A stretch of 64,000 nucleotides of DNA from Gammaproteobacteria bacterium. Its GTDB lineage: Bacteria > Pseudomonadota > Gammaproteobacteria > Arenicellales > Poriferihabitantaceae. Below are positions 21,271 to 30,670 of this stretch, one piece after another. A program made the position numbers and the translations under genes. The notes under the pieces are model-generated. The model worked only from the letters and a program-made list of their open reading frames with translations, made no database searches and was not told the origin of the DNA. The stretch is taken from the NCBI GenBank assembly GCA_009842505.1, contig VYFG01000103.1, positions 2,214 through 66,213 on the forward strand, written 5' to 3'. Each line of letters opens with the position of its first letter. Positions within the stretch are counted from its first letter, which is position 1.

Positions 21271-22857
21271 TCAGTTGAACCACCAGCGCTCCATGTAGCG
21301 CTGGCCGTCGTTGGCCCAGTTGGTGGCCATGCTGTCGGCGTGGGCGACCTTGGTGGACTTGGCGTGGATGTAGTTGTTGAACACCGGCACCACGGCGCCA
21401 CCCTCGTTGCTGCAGAGGGTCTGCATTTCCACGTACATGTCGCGGCGCTTGTTCTCGTCCAGTTCGGAGCGGGCTGCCTTCAGCAGCTCGTTGAACCGGG
21501 CGTGGCTCCAGTCGGACTCGTTCCACTCCGCGCCCTCGGCGTAGGCGGTGGTGAACATCCAATCCTCGGTGGGACGGCCGCCCCAGTAGCTGAAGCACCA
21601 GCCATGGTTGTCGTTGTTCCAGACGTCCGACCAGTAGCCGTCGGCGGGCACGCGCTTGACATTGATGGTGATCCCGGCCTTGGCGGCATGCTCCTTGTAG
21701 AGCTGGGCCGCGTCCACGGCGCCGGAGAACGCGGCGTCGGCCGCGCTGAGATCGACCTCGATGGAGTCGAGCCCGGCCTGCTTGAGATAGTGCTTGGCCT
21801 TGTCCGGATCATAGGTGCGCTGCTCCAGGTCGCTGGCATGGTAGCGCTGGCCCCGGCCGATGGGATGGTCGTTGCCCACGGTGCCGTGGCCGCCGAGAAC
21901 CGTCTGCAGCATGGCCTCGCGGTCGAGCCCGTATTTCAGGGCCATCCGGATGTTGTTGTCGTCGAAGGGGGCCACCTTGGTGCGCATCGGGATGGTGTAG
22001 TGCCCGGTGCCGCTGGTTTCCCCCACCACGACATTGCTGTTGCGCTGCAGCAGGTGCAGGGTCTTGATGTCGCAGCGGTCCATCATTTCGATCTCGCCGG
22101 TGGTGAGCGCGTTGGTGCGCGCGCCGACGTCGGCGATGGTGATCATCTCGCCCTCGTCGAAATGGGCGCGGCCTTCCTTCCAGTAGTTGGGATTGCGCGT
22201 GAAGGTCATGCGCACCCCGGGGTCGTAGGACTGGAGGACATAGGGCCCGGTACCCACGCCGGACATCCAGTCAAGCTGGCCGTCCACCGTGGGCAGGATC
22301 GGGATGTGGTAGTCGCTGACCAGGAAGGGGAAGTCGGCGTTGCCCGCCTCCAGGGTGAACACCACCACGTGGTCGCCGTCCGCCTTGATGTCGACGATGG
22401 GGTCCACGATGGGCTTGGCCGCGGAGGTGGAATCCGCGTGGCGATGGTGGTTGAACGAGTTCACCACGTCCTGGGCGACCATGGTCATGCCGTTGTGGTA
22501 CTCGACGCCCTTGCGAAGTTGGAAGGTCCAGGTGATCGCGTCGGGGGACTCCCAGCTCTCCGCCAGTTCACCGACCAGGTTGTCCTCGTTGTCGATCTCG
22601 GTGAGATAGTTGAACCGGGCGAACGCGCCGCCGATGGTGAAGTCGTTCTCGTAACTGCCCGGGTCCAGCGAGTCGGTGGTGGAGCCGTGGCCGATGCCGG
22701 CCGTGAGCTTTCCTCCCCGCTTGGGCATGGCGTGCGCCGTGGTGAGCAGCGCCGGCGCGACGGCGCCGAAACCAAGGGCGGTCGCGGCCTGCAGAAAGTC
22801 GCGGCGGGACAGTCGCCCGGCACGAAGTTCCTGGGTAAGTTTATCTAGGTTTGACAT
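21271..22857 (-). CDS. ABC transporter substrate-binding protein, family 5 (peptide/nickel/opine type), Tat signal
   Basis: Twin-arginine signal LSRRDFLQAATALGFGAVAPALLTTAHA and an SBP_bac_5-like body. I chose ATG 22857. Confidence 0.88.
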   Translation of the reverse strand: MSNLDKLTQELRAGRLSRRDFLQAATALGFGAVAPALLTTAHAMPKRGGKLTAGIGHGSTTDSLDPGSYENDFTIGGAFARFNYLTEIDNEDNLVGELAESWESPDAITWTFQLRKGVEYHNGMTMVAQDVVNSFNHHRHADSTSAAKPIVDPIVDIKADGDHVVVFTLEAGNADFPFLVSDYHIPILPTVDGQLDWMSGVGTGPYVLQSYDPGVRMTFTRNPNYWKEGRAHFDEGEMITIADVGARTNALTTGEIEMMDRCDIKTLHLLQRNSNVVVGETSGTGHYTIPMRTKVAPFDDNNIRMALKYGLDREAMLQTVLGGHGTVGNDHPIGRGQRYHASDLEQRTYDPDKAKHYLKQAGLDSIEVDLSAADAAFSGAVDAAQLYKEHAAKAGITINVKRVPADGYWSDVWNNDNHGWCFSYWGGRPTEDWMFTTAYAEGAEWNESDWSHARFNELLKAARSELDENKRRDMYVEMQTLCSNEGGAVVPVFNNYIHAKSTKVAHADSMATNWANDGQRYMERWWFN

Positions 22858-23060
22858 CTGATGAAGCCTCCTGGGGTGTTTGAAGGTAATGTAATCGCAA
22901 TCGTGTCGGTGTCTCTTTACCGGACAGCAACCGTCGGCACTGACCACCTCCGGCAAGTATGGACCAGTTTATGGGGAAAATTCAAAAGGAATTTGTCCCA
23001 AATGCGTCAGATGGCCCCGGTCCATGGGAGCCCGGCCATGGGACCGGCCCCGAATCCCGG

Positions 23061-26000
23061 TCACTGGTTGACCACCACCGCCAGGGACGGCTCGCGAAAA
23101 CGCCGCACGAGTTCCTCCAGCTTCCGCCGGTAGGGCCCGACGGCGTCCATCTTGACGTGGCCGTATCCCCGGACGGATTCCGGCAGTTCCGCGATGGTGA
23201 CCGCGCGGTCGTAGTTCTCCTGGCTGACGTGGGGCAGCAGCGACTCCACGGCCCCGCGGTATTCGGCAATCAGCGCCCGTTCCATGCGGCGCTCTTCGCT
23301 GCGGCCGAAAGGGTCCAGGGCACTGCCGCGAAGCCATTTCAGCCTGGCCAGCAGGCCGAAGGCGCCCAGGGTCCACCCCGGCAGGCGCCGTTTTTCCGGC
23401 AGTCCCGTGTGGGAGTTCCGTCTGGCCAGCCATGGGGGCGCCAGGTGGAAGTGCAGCCGGTAGTCCCCCTCGAACTGCTCCGCTAGTTGCCGGCGGAACT
23501 CGCCGTCGCTGTAGAGCCTCGCCACCTCATATTCGTCCTTGTAGGACATCAGGCGGAACAGGTTCTTCGCCACGGCCACGGTCAGTTCGCCGGCCTCCCC
23601 CCCGGGCTCCGCCCGGCGGACGGAATCCACCACCGCCAGGTATTCGTCCGCCCAGCGCCGGTTCTGGTAGCGCACCAGGAATTCGTGGCGCCATCGGATG
23701 ATGTCTTCCGGGTCCGTGAGGGGAAGACGGTCCTGCCCGCCCCGGCCGGCGAGGTTCTCCACCGCGTCCAGGTTGACCGCGGCGCGCCGCCCCCAGAGAA
23801 ACGCCGAGCGGTTGAACTCGACGCCGACCCCGTTCAGCTCGATGGCGCGCTCCACGGCTTCCGCGGAGACCGGCACCAGGCCCCGCTGCCAGGCGAAGCC
23901 GAGGAGGAACAGGTTGGCGCCGATGGTGTCCCCCAGGAGATTCCTGGCGATGCCGGCGGCGTCCACGAATTCCACGCTGCCGGGCCCCGTCTCCCGGGCG
24001 ACGGCGTCGCGCAGCTCCGCCGCGGGAAAGGCGTAGTCCCGGTCGTGGATGAAGTCCGAGGTGGCCGTCTCGTGGCTGTTCACCACCGCCCTCGAGCGGT
24101 CGGGGTGCAGTTTGGCCAGGGCCTCCGGCCCCGCCGAGACCACCAGATCGCAGCCCAGCAGCAGGTCCGCATCGCCGGCGGGTATCCGCACGGCATGGAT
24201 CCGGTCCTGGCTCGCGGCGATCCGGACATGGCTCACAACGGCACCGAACTTCTGCGCCAGCCCCGTCTGGTTCAAGGTCGCGCAGCCCTTGCCCTCGAGA
24301 TGGGCGGCCATGGCCAGGATGGAGCTCACGGTGAGAACCCCGGTCCCGCCGATGCCGGTTACCAGCACGTTCCAGGGCCGGTCCAGATCGGGCTTGTCCG
24401 GCTCCGACAGCACGATCTCCACCTCGCCGGTGACGTCCACCGTCGGCTTTCTCAGCCCGGCGCCGGTCACCGTCACGAAACTGGGGCAGAACCCGTCCAG
24501 GCAGCTGAAGTCCTTGTTGCAGGCATTCTGGTCGATCTGCCGCTTCAGCCCGAGTTCCGTTTTCTTCGGAATCACCGACAGGCAGTTGGACTTCGTGCTG
24601 CAGTCGCCGCAGCCCTCGCAGACCGCCGGGTTGATGAAGACCCGGGTGTCGCTTTCCGGCATCAGCCCCCGCTTCCGGCGGCGGCGCTTTTCCGAGGCGC
24701 AGGTCTGGTCGAATACGATCGCCGAGGTCCCCGGTACCTCCCGGATCTCGAGGAGGAGCCGGTCGTAGTCCTTCTTCGGGTGCAGGGTGACATCCCGGAT
24801 CCCGGCGAGCCGTCCCTTGGCCCTCGCCAGGTCCTCGGCCACCACCGCGATGCGCTCGACGCCCTCGGCCCTGACCTGGGCCACCACCTGTTCCAGGGTC
24901 AGGCTGCCGTCCACGTGCTGGCCGCCGGTCATGGCGACAGCGTCGTTGTAGAGAATGCGGTAGGTGATGTTGACGCCGGAGGCGACGGCGGCCCGGATGG
25001 CGAGAATGCCGGAATGGAAATAGGTGCCGTCGCCGATGTTCTGGAAGGTGTGCGGGGTTTCCGTGAAGGGCGCCTGGCCGATCCAGGATGCGCCCTCGCC
25101 CCCCATCTGGGTGAACAGCTCGGTGTTGCGGTCCATCCAGCGCACCATGTAGTGGCAGCCAATGCCGGCATGCCCGATGCTTCCCTCCGGCACCCGGGTG
25201 GAGGTGTTGTGCGGGCAGCCGGAGCAGAAGTACGGCGTGCGCGCCATGGGGGAAGGCGTGGTCTTCAGCCGCCTCTCCTTGGCATCGAGAAATTCCAGCC
25301 GCTCGCGGATCGCCGGGCTGTCGTAGAACTTCATCACCCTGGAGCCGATCGTGCGGGCCACCATCGCCGGGGTCAGCTCGGACAGGTTGGAGACCAGGTC
25401 CCTGCCCTGCTCGTCGAACTCGCCCACCACCCGCGGACGCTCCGCCACCGGCCAGTTGTACAGCTGTCCCGTGATCTGGTCCTCGAGGATGCTGCGCTTT
25501 TCCTCCACCACCAGGATCTCCTTCAGCCCCCGGGCGAACTCATGGGTCGCCACGGGCTCCAGTGGCCAGCTCATGCCGACCTTGTAGATCCGAAGACCGA
25601 TCCGGGAGGCGGTTTCCCCGTCGATGCCGAGATCCCGAAGGGCCTCCAGCACATCCAGGTGGGACTTGCCGGTGGTTACGATGCCGAGGCGCGGATTGGG
25701 GGTGTCCAGGGTGATCCGGTTCAGGTTGTTGACGTAGGCGAATGACCGCGCCGCGTAGATCCGGTACTTGTGCAGCAGCCGCTCCTGCTCCAGGGCCGTG
25801 GTGGGCCACTGGGCATTCAGACCCCCCTCGGGCATCTCGAAATCCGCCGGCACCCGGATGTTCACGCGGTCCGGGCTGAGATCGGCGGAAATGGCGGAGT
25901 CCATGTTCTCCGTGATGGCCTTCAGCCCCACCCAGCAGCCGCTGTAGCGGGACAGCGCCCAGCCGTACAGGCCGTAGTCCAGCACGTCCTGCACGTTGGC

Positions 26001-26516
26001 GGGATTCAGTACCGGCACCGCGGCGCCGATGAACATGTGCTCGCTCTGATGGGGAACGGTGGAGGACTTGCAGGCATGGTCGTCGCCGGCGACCACGAGC
26101 ACGCCGCCGTACCGGGAGGTGCCGAAGGCGTTGGCGTGCTTGATCACGTCCATGCTCCGGTCCACCCCGGGGCCCTTGCCGTACCACATGGCGAACACCC
26201 CGTCGTACTTCGGCCCCGGCAGCAGCCCCACCTGCTGGGTGCCCCAGACCGCGGTGGCCGCCAGGTCCTCGTTGACGCCGGGCTGGAAGCGGATGTTGTG
26301 GGCCTCAAGCTGCCTGCGGGCCTGGTTCAGGGACATGTCCAGCGTGCCCACCGGCGAGCCGCGGTAGCCCGAGATGAACCCGGCGGTGTTCAGGCCCGCG
26401 TCCAGGTCGAACTGGTGCTGGATCAGCGGCAGCCTGACCAAGGCCTCGATTCCGGTGAGATAGGCGCTGTCCCTGGCCAGATCGAACTTGTCCTCGAGCG
26501 AGACTTGTTTCAGCAT
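23061..26516 (-). CDS. indolepyruvate ferredoxin oxidoreductase family protein (fused alpha/beta, 1151 aa)
   Basis: The N-terminus MLKQVSLEDKFDL..YLTGIEALVRLPL.Q, a TPP-binding GDGTYFHSG and the ferredoxin-like CEGCGDC are typical of fused IOR-like 2-oxoacid:ferredoxin oxidoreductases. Confidence 0.88.
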   Translation of the reverse strand: MLKQVSLEDKFDLARDSAYLTGIEALVRLPLIQHQFDLDAGLNTAGFISGYRGSPVGTLDMSLNQARRQLEAHNIRFQPGVNEDLAATAVWGTQQVGLLPGPKYDGVFAMWYGKGPGVDRSMDVIKHANAFGTSRYGGVLVVAGDDHACKSSTVPHQSEHMFIGAAVPVLNPANVQDVLDYGLYGWALSRYSGCWVGLKAITENMDSAISADLSPDRVNIRVPADFEMPEGGLNAQWPTTALEQERLLHKYRIYAARSFAYVNNLNRITLDTPNPRLGIVTTGKSHLDVLEALRDLGIDGETASRIGLRIYKVGMSWPLEPVATHEFARGLKEILVVEEKRSILEDQITGQLYNWPVAERPRVVGEFDEQGRDLVSNLSELTPAMVARTIGSRVMKFYDSPAIRERLEFLDAKERRLKTTPSPMARTPYFCSGCPHNTSTRVPEGSIGHAGIGCHYMVRWMDRNTELFTQMGGEGASWIGQAPFTETPHTFQNIGDGTYFHSGILAIRAAVASGVNITYRILYNDAVAMTGGQHVDGSLTLEQVVAQVRAEGVERIAVVAEDLARAKGRLAGIRDVTLHPKKDYDRLLLEIREVPGTSAIVFDQTCASEKRRRRKRGLMPESDTRVFINPAVCEGCGDCSTKSNCLSVIPKKTELGLKRQIDQNACNKDFSCLDGFCPSFVTVTGAGLRKPTVDVTGEVEIVLSEPDKPDLDRPWNVLVTGIGGTGVLTVSSILAMAAHLEGKGCATLNQTGLAQKFGAVVSHVRIAASQDRIHAVRIPAGDADLLLGCDLVVSAGPEALAKLHPDRSRAVVNSHETATSDFIHDRDYAFPAAELRDAVARETGPGSVEFVDAAGIARNLLGDTIGANLFLLGFAWQRGLVPVSAEAVERAIELNGVGVEFNRSAFLWGRRAAVNLDAVENLAGRGGQDRLPLTDPEDIIRWRHEFLVRYQNRRWADEYLAVVDSVRRAEPGGEAGELTVAVAKNLFRLMSYKDEYEVARLYSDGEFRRQLAEQFEGDYRLHFHLAPPWLARRNSHTGLPEKRRLPGWTLGAFGLLARLKWLRGSALDPFGRSEERRMERALIAEYRGAVESLLPHVSQENYDRAVTIAELPESVRGYGHVKMDAVGPYRRKLEELVRRFREPSLAVVVNQ

Positions 26517-26787
26517 TTTGTGTCTCCTGCTTGCCCCGGGGCCTCAGGCCCTCGGGACGGATTGTCGGGAAAAGGTAATTTCAGCCAACTACCGGCAGGC
26601 CATGGGTGGTGGCCCACCGGATCACTCCATCATACTTTGCCCGCACGATATTGCAAGAGCCCCCTCATACCAGCGAAGCCGAATCAACGGGTCACGGGAC
26701 GGCTGGCTGAAACGTGCGGGCTCCGGCCGGAAATCCCGCCGCTCCGCGCCCCGGTACGGTCCGGCGGTGTTCAGGCTGTCGGGGCTC

Positions 26788-27729
26788 CTATCCGGTGATT
26801 CCGTTCGCCGCAAGGAAGCCGTCGAGCAGCGCGAAGCACTGTTCCGGCTCCTCAAGCTGCAGCAGGTGGGTGGTGCCGGGCACGAAGGTGTAGTCGATGC
26901 CGTGGGTTTCGCAGAACCCGGCGCAGCAGCGCGCGGTCTTCGGCGCATCGTCCGGCTCCGGGTCCGAGCCCACGACCAGCAGCGGGCGGGACGGTGGGCT
27001 CGCCTCCTCCCAGATGGGCAGCGACGCCACCCCGGTGTACAGCCCGGCCTCCATCTGCCCGGGGCAGCACAGCAGCCACTCGCCGGAAACCGGGTCGTGG
27101 CGAAGCGTCGAGCGCGCGTTGAGTTCCGCCACCCCATTCCGGATGCGCTGGAACTTGGGCAGGCTGCGGTACAGGTCGACGAGTTCGCCGGGATCGGAGA
27201 ACCGGTTCGCGCGGACCTTGGCGGCGTTGCGCGCCAGCGCGCCCTCGGCCAACAGCTGGTCGCGCAGGGGGTTGCCCTCGGGCGGCGCCACCGGCGGGTC
27301 GAACAGCACCAGCGCATCCCAGTGCCAGGTGTCTTCGATGACCGCCAGGAGCGCCGCGATCGCCGACATCGAGTGAAAGACGCCGACAGTGGTCCTAGCA
27401 CCCCAGGCTTCGCGGATGGCGGCATGCACGGTCACGTTGTCGCGCGCGAAGCGGGGATAGTCGTGGGGCTCGATTGCGTGGAACGGGTTGCGCCCGCAAT
27501 TGCGGACATCGAACAGGACGAGGTCGAAACGCTCCAGCATGTGCTGCCAGAAGGGGAAGTAGGAATCGCTGGCGAAGCCGTTGCCGTGGCTCAGCACCAC
27601 GCGCGGGCCGGACGGGTTGCCGTGGCGGACGGCGCGGATCAGCGCGCCGTCGTCCATCCTAAGATCGAGCGTGTCGCCCGGCTCCGGCAGCACGAAGCCG
27701 GCCGCGCCCGGGTGGGACGGCGAGTTCAT
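26788..27729 (-). CDS. alpha/beta hydrolase
   Basis: HGNGF oxyanion region and nucleophile elbow GVFHSMSA. It overlaps the upstream ADH gene by 4 nt. Confidence 0.7.
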   Translation of the reverse strand: MNSPSHPGAAGFVLPEPGDTLDLRMDDGALIRAVRHGNPSGPRVVLSHGNGFASDSYFPFWQHMLERFDLVLFDVRNCGRNPFHAIEPHDYPRFARDNVTVHAAIREAWGARTTVGVFHSMSAIAALLAVIEDTWHWDALVLFDPPVAPPEGNPLRDQLLAEGALARNAAKVRANRFSDPGELVDLYRSLPKFQRIRNGVAELNARSTLRHDPVSGEWLLCCPGQMEAGLYTGVASLPIWEEASPPSRPLLVVGSDPEPDDAPKTARCCAGFCETHGIDYTFVPGTTHLLQLEEPEQCFALLDGFLAANGITG

Positions 27730-28820
27730 GCGGAGACGTGGAACCGGTCCGGCATGACCACCAGCTTGCCCACATGGTCCTTGGACATGAAGTCCGACTG
27801 CGCGCGGTGAAAGTCGCTGAGCGGGTAGGTGGCGAAAAGGCTCGGGCGGATCCTGCCGGACTCGATGTGGCCGTGCAGCCGCCGGAAGGCGGCCCGGGTT
27901 CCCTGGGAGGATCCGTGGATCTCGAGGTGCTTCAGGTAGATGGTGCGCAGGTCCATCTCCACGACGGCGCCGCCGAACGCCCCCGCGGTGATATAGCGTC
28001 CCTCGGGCCGGAGCAGGTTGATCAGGGACCTGAAAAGGGGGCCGCCCACGACATCGGCCACCACGTCCACGGTGCCGTCCGGCAGGAGCGCCTGCAGGTC
28101 CCGGGTCCAGTCACCATCGTCGCGGCACACCACCGCCTCGGCGCCCAGGGCCCGGACGGCATCGGCCTTGGCCATGCTGCTGAGCGCATAGGGAACGGCT
28201 CCCCGCGCGCGGCAGAGCTGGATCAGGCCGCCGCCCACGCCGCCGGCCGCGCCGGTCACCAGGACCCGCTCCCCCGTCGCGACCCGGGTGCGGTCCAGCA
28301 TGTGCTCCCCGGTGAGGTAGGCGCAGCAGAAGGTCGCCAGTTCCGCGTCCGTGATGTCCGCGGTGGTCAGGTGGGCGTTTTCCGCCGGCACGGTGCAGTA
28401 TTCCGCGTATCCGCCGTCACGGCCGTGGCCGATGTAGTCGATGTCGGCAAGGCCCTCGGCATCGCTTTCATTGTTGTAGATGCTGAAATCCACCATGACC
28501 CGCTCGCCGATTCGGGCCGGGTCCACGCCCTCGCCCGCCGCGACGATCACACCCACGATATCCGCGCCCTGGATCCGGGGGAATTCCAGCGTCGGCTTGC
28601 CGCGGCGCCATGACGCCACCGCGCCGGGATCCTCGTCGGTCCCGTAGGCGCCTTCGCGGACCCAGACGTCGGTGTTGTTCATGCCGCAGGCATGCACTTC
28701 GAGGAGCACCTCCCCCAACGCCGGGTCCGGCACGGGGGCGTCGCGGTACTCCAGCCGGTCCAGTCCGCCGTGGCCGGTCAGGACCACGACCTTCATCGTG
28801 TTCGGGATGTTCGGGTTCAT
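27726..28820 (-). CDS. zinc-binding alcohol dehydrogenase / quinone oxidoreductase family (MDR)
   Basis: EVHACGMNNTD, Rossmann VLVTGAAGGVGG and MDR length. Confidence 0.82.
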   Translation of the reverse strand: MNPNIPNTMKVVVLTGHGGLDRLEYRDAPVPDPALGEVLLEVHACGMNNTDVWVREGAYGTDEDPGAVASWRRGKPTLEFPRIQGADIVGVIVAAGEGVDPARIGERVMVDFSIYNNESDAEGLADIDYIGHGRDGGYAEYCTVPAENAHLTTADITDAELATFCCAYLTGEHMLDRTRVATGERVLVTGAAGGVGGGLIQLCRARGAVPYALSSMAKADAVRALGAEAVVCRDDGDWTRDLQALLPDGTVDVVADVVGGPLFRSLINLLRPEGRYITAGAFGGAVVEMDLRTIYLKHLEIHGSSQGTRAAFRRLHGHIESGRIRPSLFATYPLSDFHRAQSDFMSKDHVGKLVVMPDRFHVSA

Positions 28821-28940
28821 CAGCGGATCAGCTGTGTATTGGGTTTATGTATGGTTCCCGGGGGCCGGGAGAAGCGGGATCAGGAACTCCGGCCAGGGGA
28901 CCATGGAAACAAGAAACGGAATACGGAGCATTGCGGGCCG

Positions 28941-30365
28941 TCATGCCGGGATCCCGGCGGCGGTTTCCCGCACGAGGTTCCACAGGGCCTCGACATGGTG
29001 CCGTTCGGTGGCCTCGACGCCGACGGACACGCGCACGATCCAGCGTCCGCCGATCTTCGCCGGGGACAGGAACGCCGCCCCGGAGCGGTTGATGGCGTCC
29101 ACCCAGGCCAGGGTGTGCGTATCCAGCGCCTCGCCGTCAAGCCCCGGGGGGCGGTGCAGCACGCAGACGGTCTGCAGGGTGACCGGCGCTTCCAGCGTCC
29201 AGCGGGGCTCGGCCTCGACCTGCTCCGCCAGCCACCGGGCATTTTCGAGATCGTCCCTGAGCCGTCGGCGGATGGCACCGATTCCGTCCAGGCGCAGGTG
29301 GAACCAGAGTTTCAGCGCCCGGAAACGGCGTCCCAGCGGAATGCCCCAGTCCCGGTACTGGGTCACCTCGCCGTCCTCGCCGGAGCGGAGATAGCTCGGA
29401 TTGGTGGACATCACGCGGACCAGGTGCCCGGGGTCGCGCACGTAGAACAGGGAACAGTCGAGGATCGTGCCCATCCACTTGTGGGGATTCCAGGAGACCG
29501 AGTCCGCACCCTCCACGCCCTGCCAGAGATGCCGGCATTCGGGCAGCAGCATGGCGGAGCCGGCCATGGCGGCATCGACGTGAAGCCAGATGCCGTACCG
29601 CCGCGCGCAATCGGCCATGTCCTCCACCGGGTCCATCGCGGTGATGCCCGTGGAACCGACCGAGGCGACGATCATGGCGGGGACGGCCCCGGCAGCCTGG
29701 TCCTGCTCGATCAGGGCCGCGAGGGCATCCGGCCGCATGGCGCGGGTGTGCGGGTCCATGGGGACATTGCGGATGTTGTCCGCGCCGAATCCGGCGAGCA
29801 GGGCGGCTTTTCTGACCGAGGAATGGGCTTCCTCCGTGGTGTAGACCACGAGCGGGCTATCGGCTTGCTGGAGCCCGCCCCGGGTTTCGCCGTAGTCGGT
29901 GGCCTTTTCCCGGGCCAGGATCATGGCAGTGAGGCAGGCGGTGGAGGCGGTGTCATGGATCGTGCCTTTCCAGGAATCCGACAGCCCCACCAGCTGGCGC
30001 ATCCAGTCGCATACCACCTCCTCCACCTCCGTGAGGGCGGGGCAGCTTTCCCAGGAAATGCCGAGGGTTCCCAGGCCGGAACTGGCGAAATCGCCCAGTA
30101 CCGAGGCCAGCGATGCATTGGACGGGAACCAGCCGAAGTGCATGGGATGCTGGACCTGGGTGATGCCCGGCACCACGATGGACTCGAGGTCCCGCATCAC
30201 GTCGGCAAACGGTTCCGGCTCTTCGGGCGGTGTGGCTGGCAACGCCCCGCGGATGTCCCCCGGTCCCACCCGGGTCCTCACCGGCATGTCCTCGATCCGC
30301 TGGCGGTAGTCGCAGATCCAGTCGATGAGTTCGTGGGCCTCCTTCCGGAATGCTTCAGGGTTCAT
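28941..30365 (-). CDS. PLP-dependent group II decarboxylase (aromatic-L-amino-acid decarboxylase-like)
   Basis: MNPEAFRKEAHELIDWICDYRQ.I, HSSVRKAA and the PLP-lysine motif SWNPHKWM. Confidence 0.88.
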   Translation of the reverse strand: MNPEAFRKEAHELIDWICDYRQRIEDMPVRTRVGPGDIRGALPATPPEEPEPFADVMRDLESIVVPGITQVQHPMHFGWFPSNASLASVLGDFASSGLGTLGISWESCPALTEVEEVVCDWMRQLVGLSDSWKGTIHDTASTACLTAMILAREKATDYGETRGGLQQADSPLVVYTTEEAHSSVRKAALLAGFGADNIRNVPMDPHTRAMRPDALAALIEQDQAAGAVPAMIVASVGSTGITAMDPVEDMADCARRYGIWLHVDAAMAGSAMLLPECRHLWQGVEGADSVSWNPHKWMGTILDCSLFYVRDPGHLVRVMSTNPSYLRSGEDGEVTQYRDWGIPLGRRFRALKLWFHLRLDGIGAIRRRLRDDLENARWLAEQVEAEPRWTLEAPVTLQTVCVLHRPPGLDGEALDTHTLAWVDAINRSGAAFLSPAKIGGRWIVRVSVGVEATERHHVEALWNLVRETAAGIPA

Positions 30366-30670
30366 ACGAGTATTCCATGGTATTCAGTGTGATGGGCGCT
30401 CGGGCCTGTCACGCGGATCAGCATCCTCCGGTAATGCCGTACATGCCGGCCGGTTCCGGGGTACAAAAATAGCGGGCGATGGTAGCATTCCCGGCGCTTC
30501 GGACAAATAGTGGTCCCGGGGAAGGCCTGTCGCGCAACTGGCCGTGCGACCGTGATTTCGTGAACCGGTGAAACGGTCGGCCCAGCAGGGTGCCGGGACA
30601 CCGGATCCGGAAGGAGTTCGACCGTTACGGGAAGCCGGAACGGGGGCCCGGCCGATTCGGTCAGGGGCGA

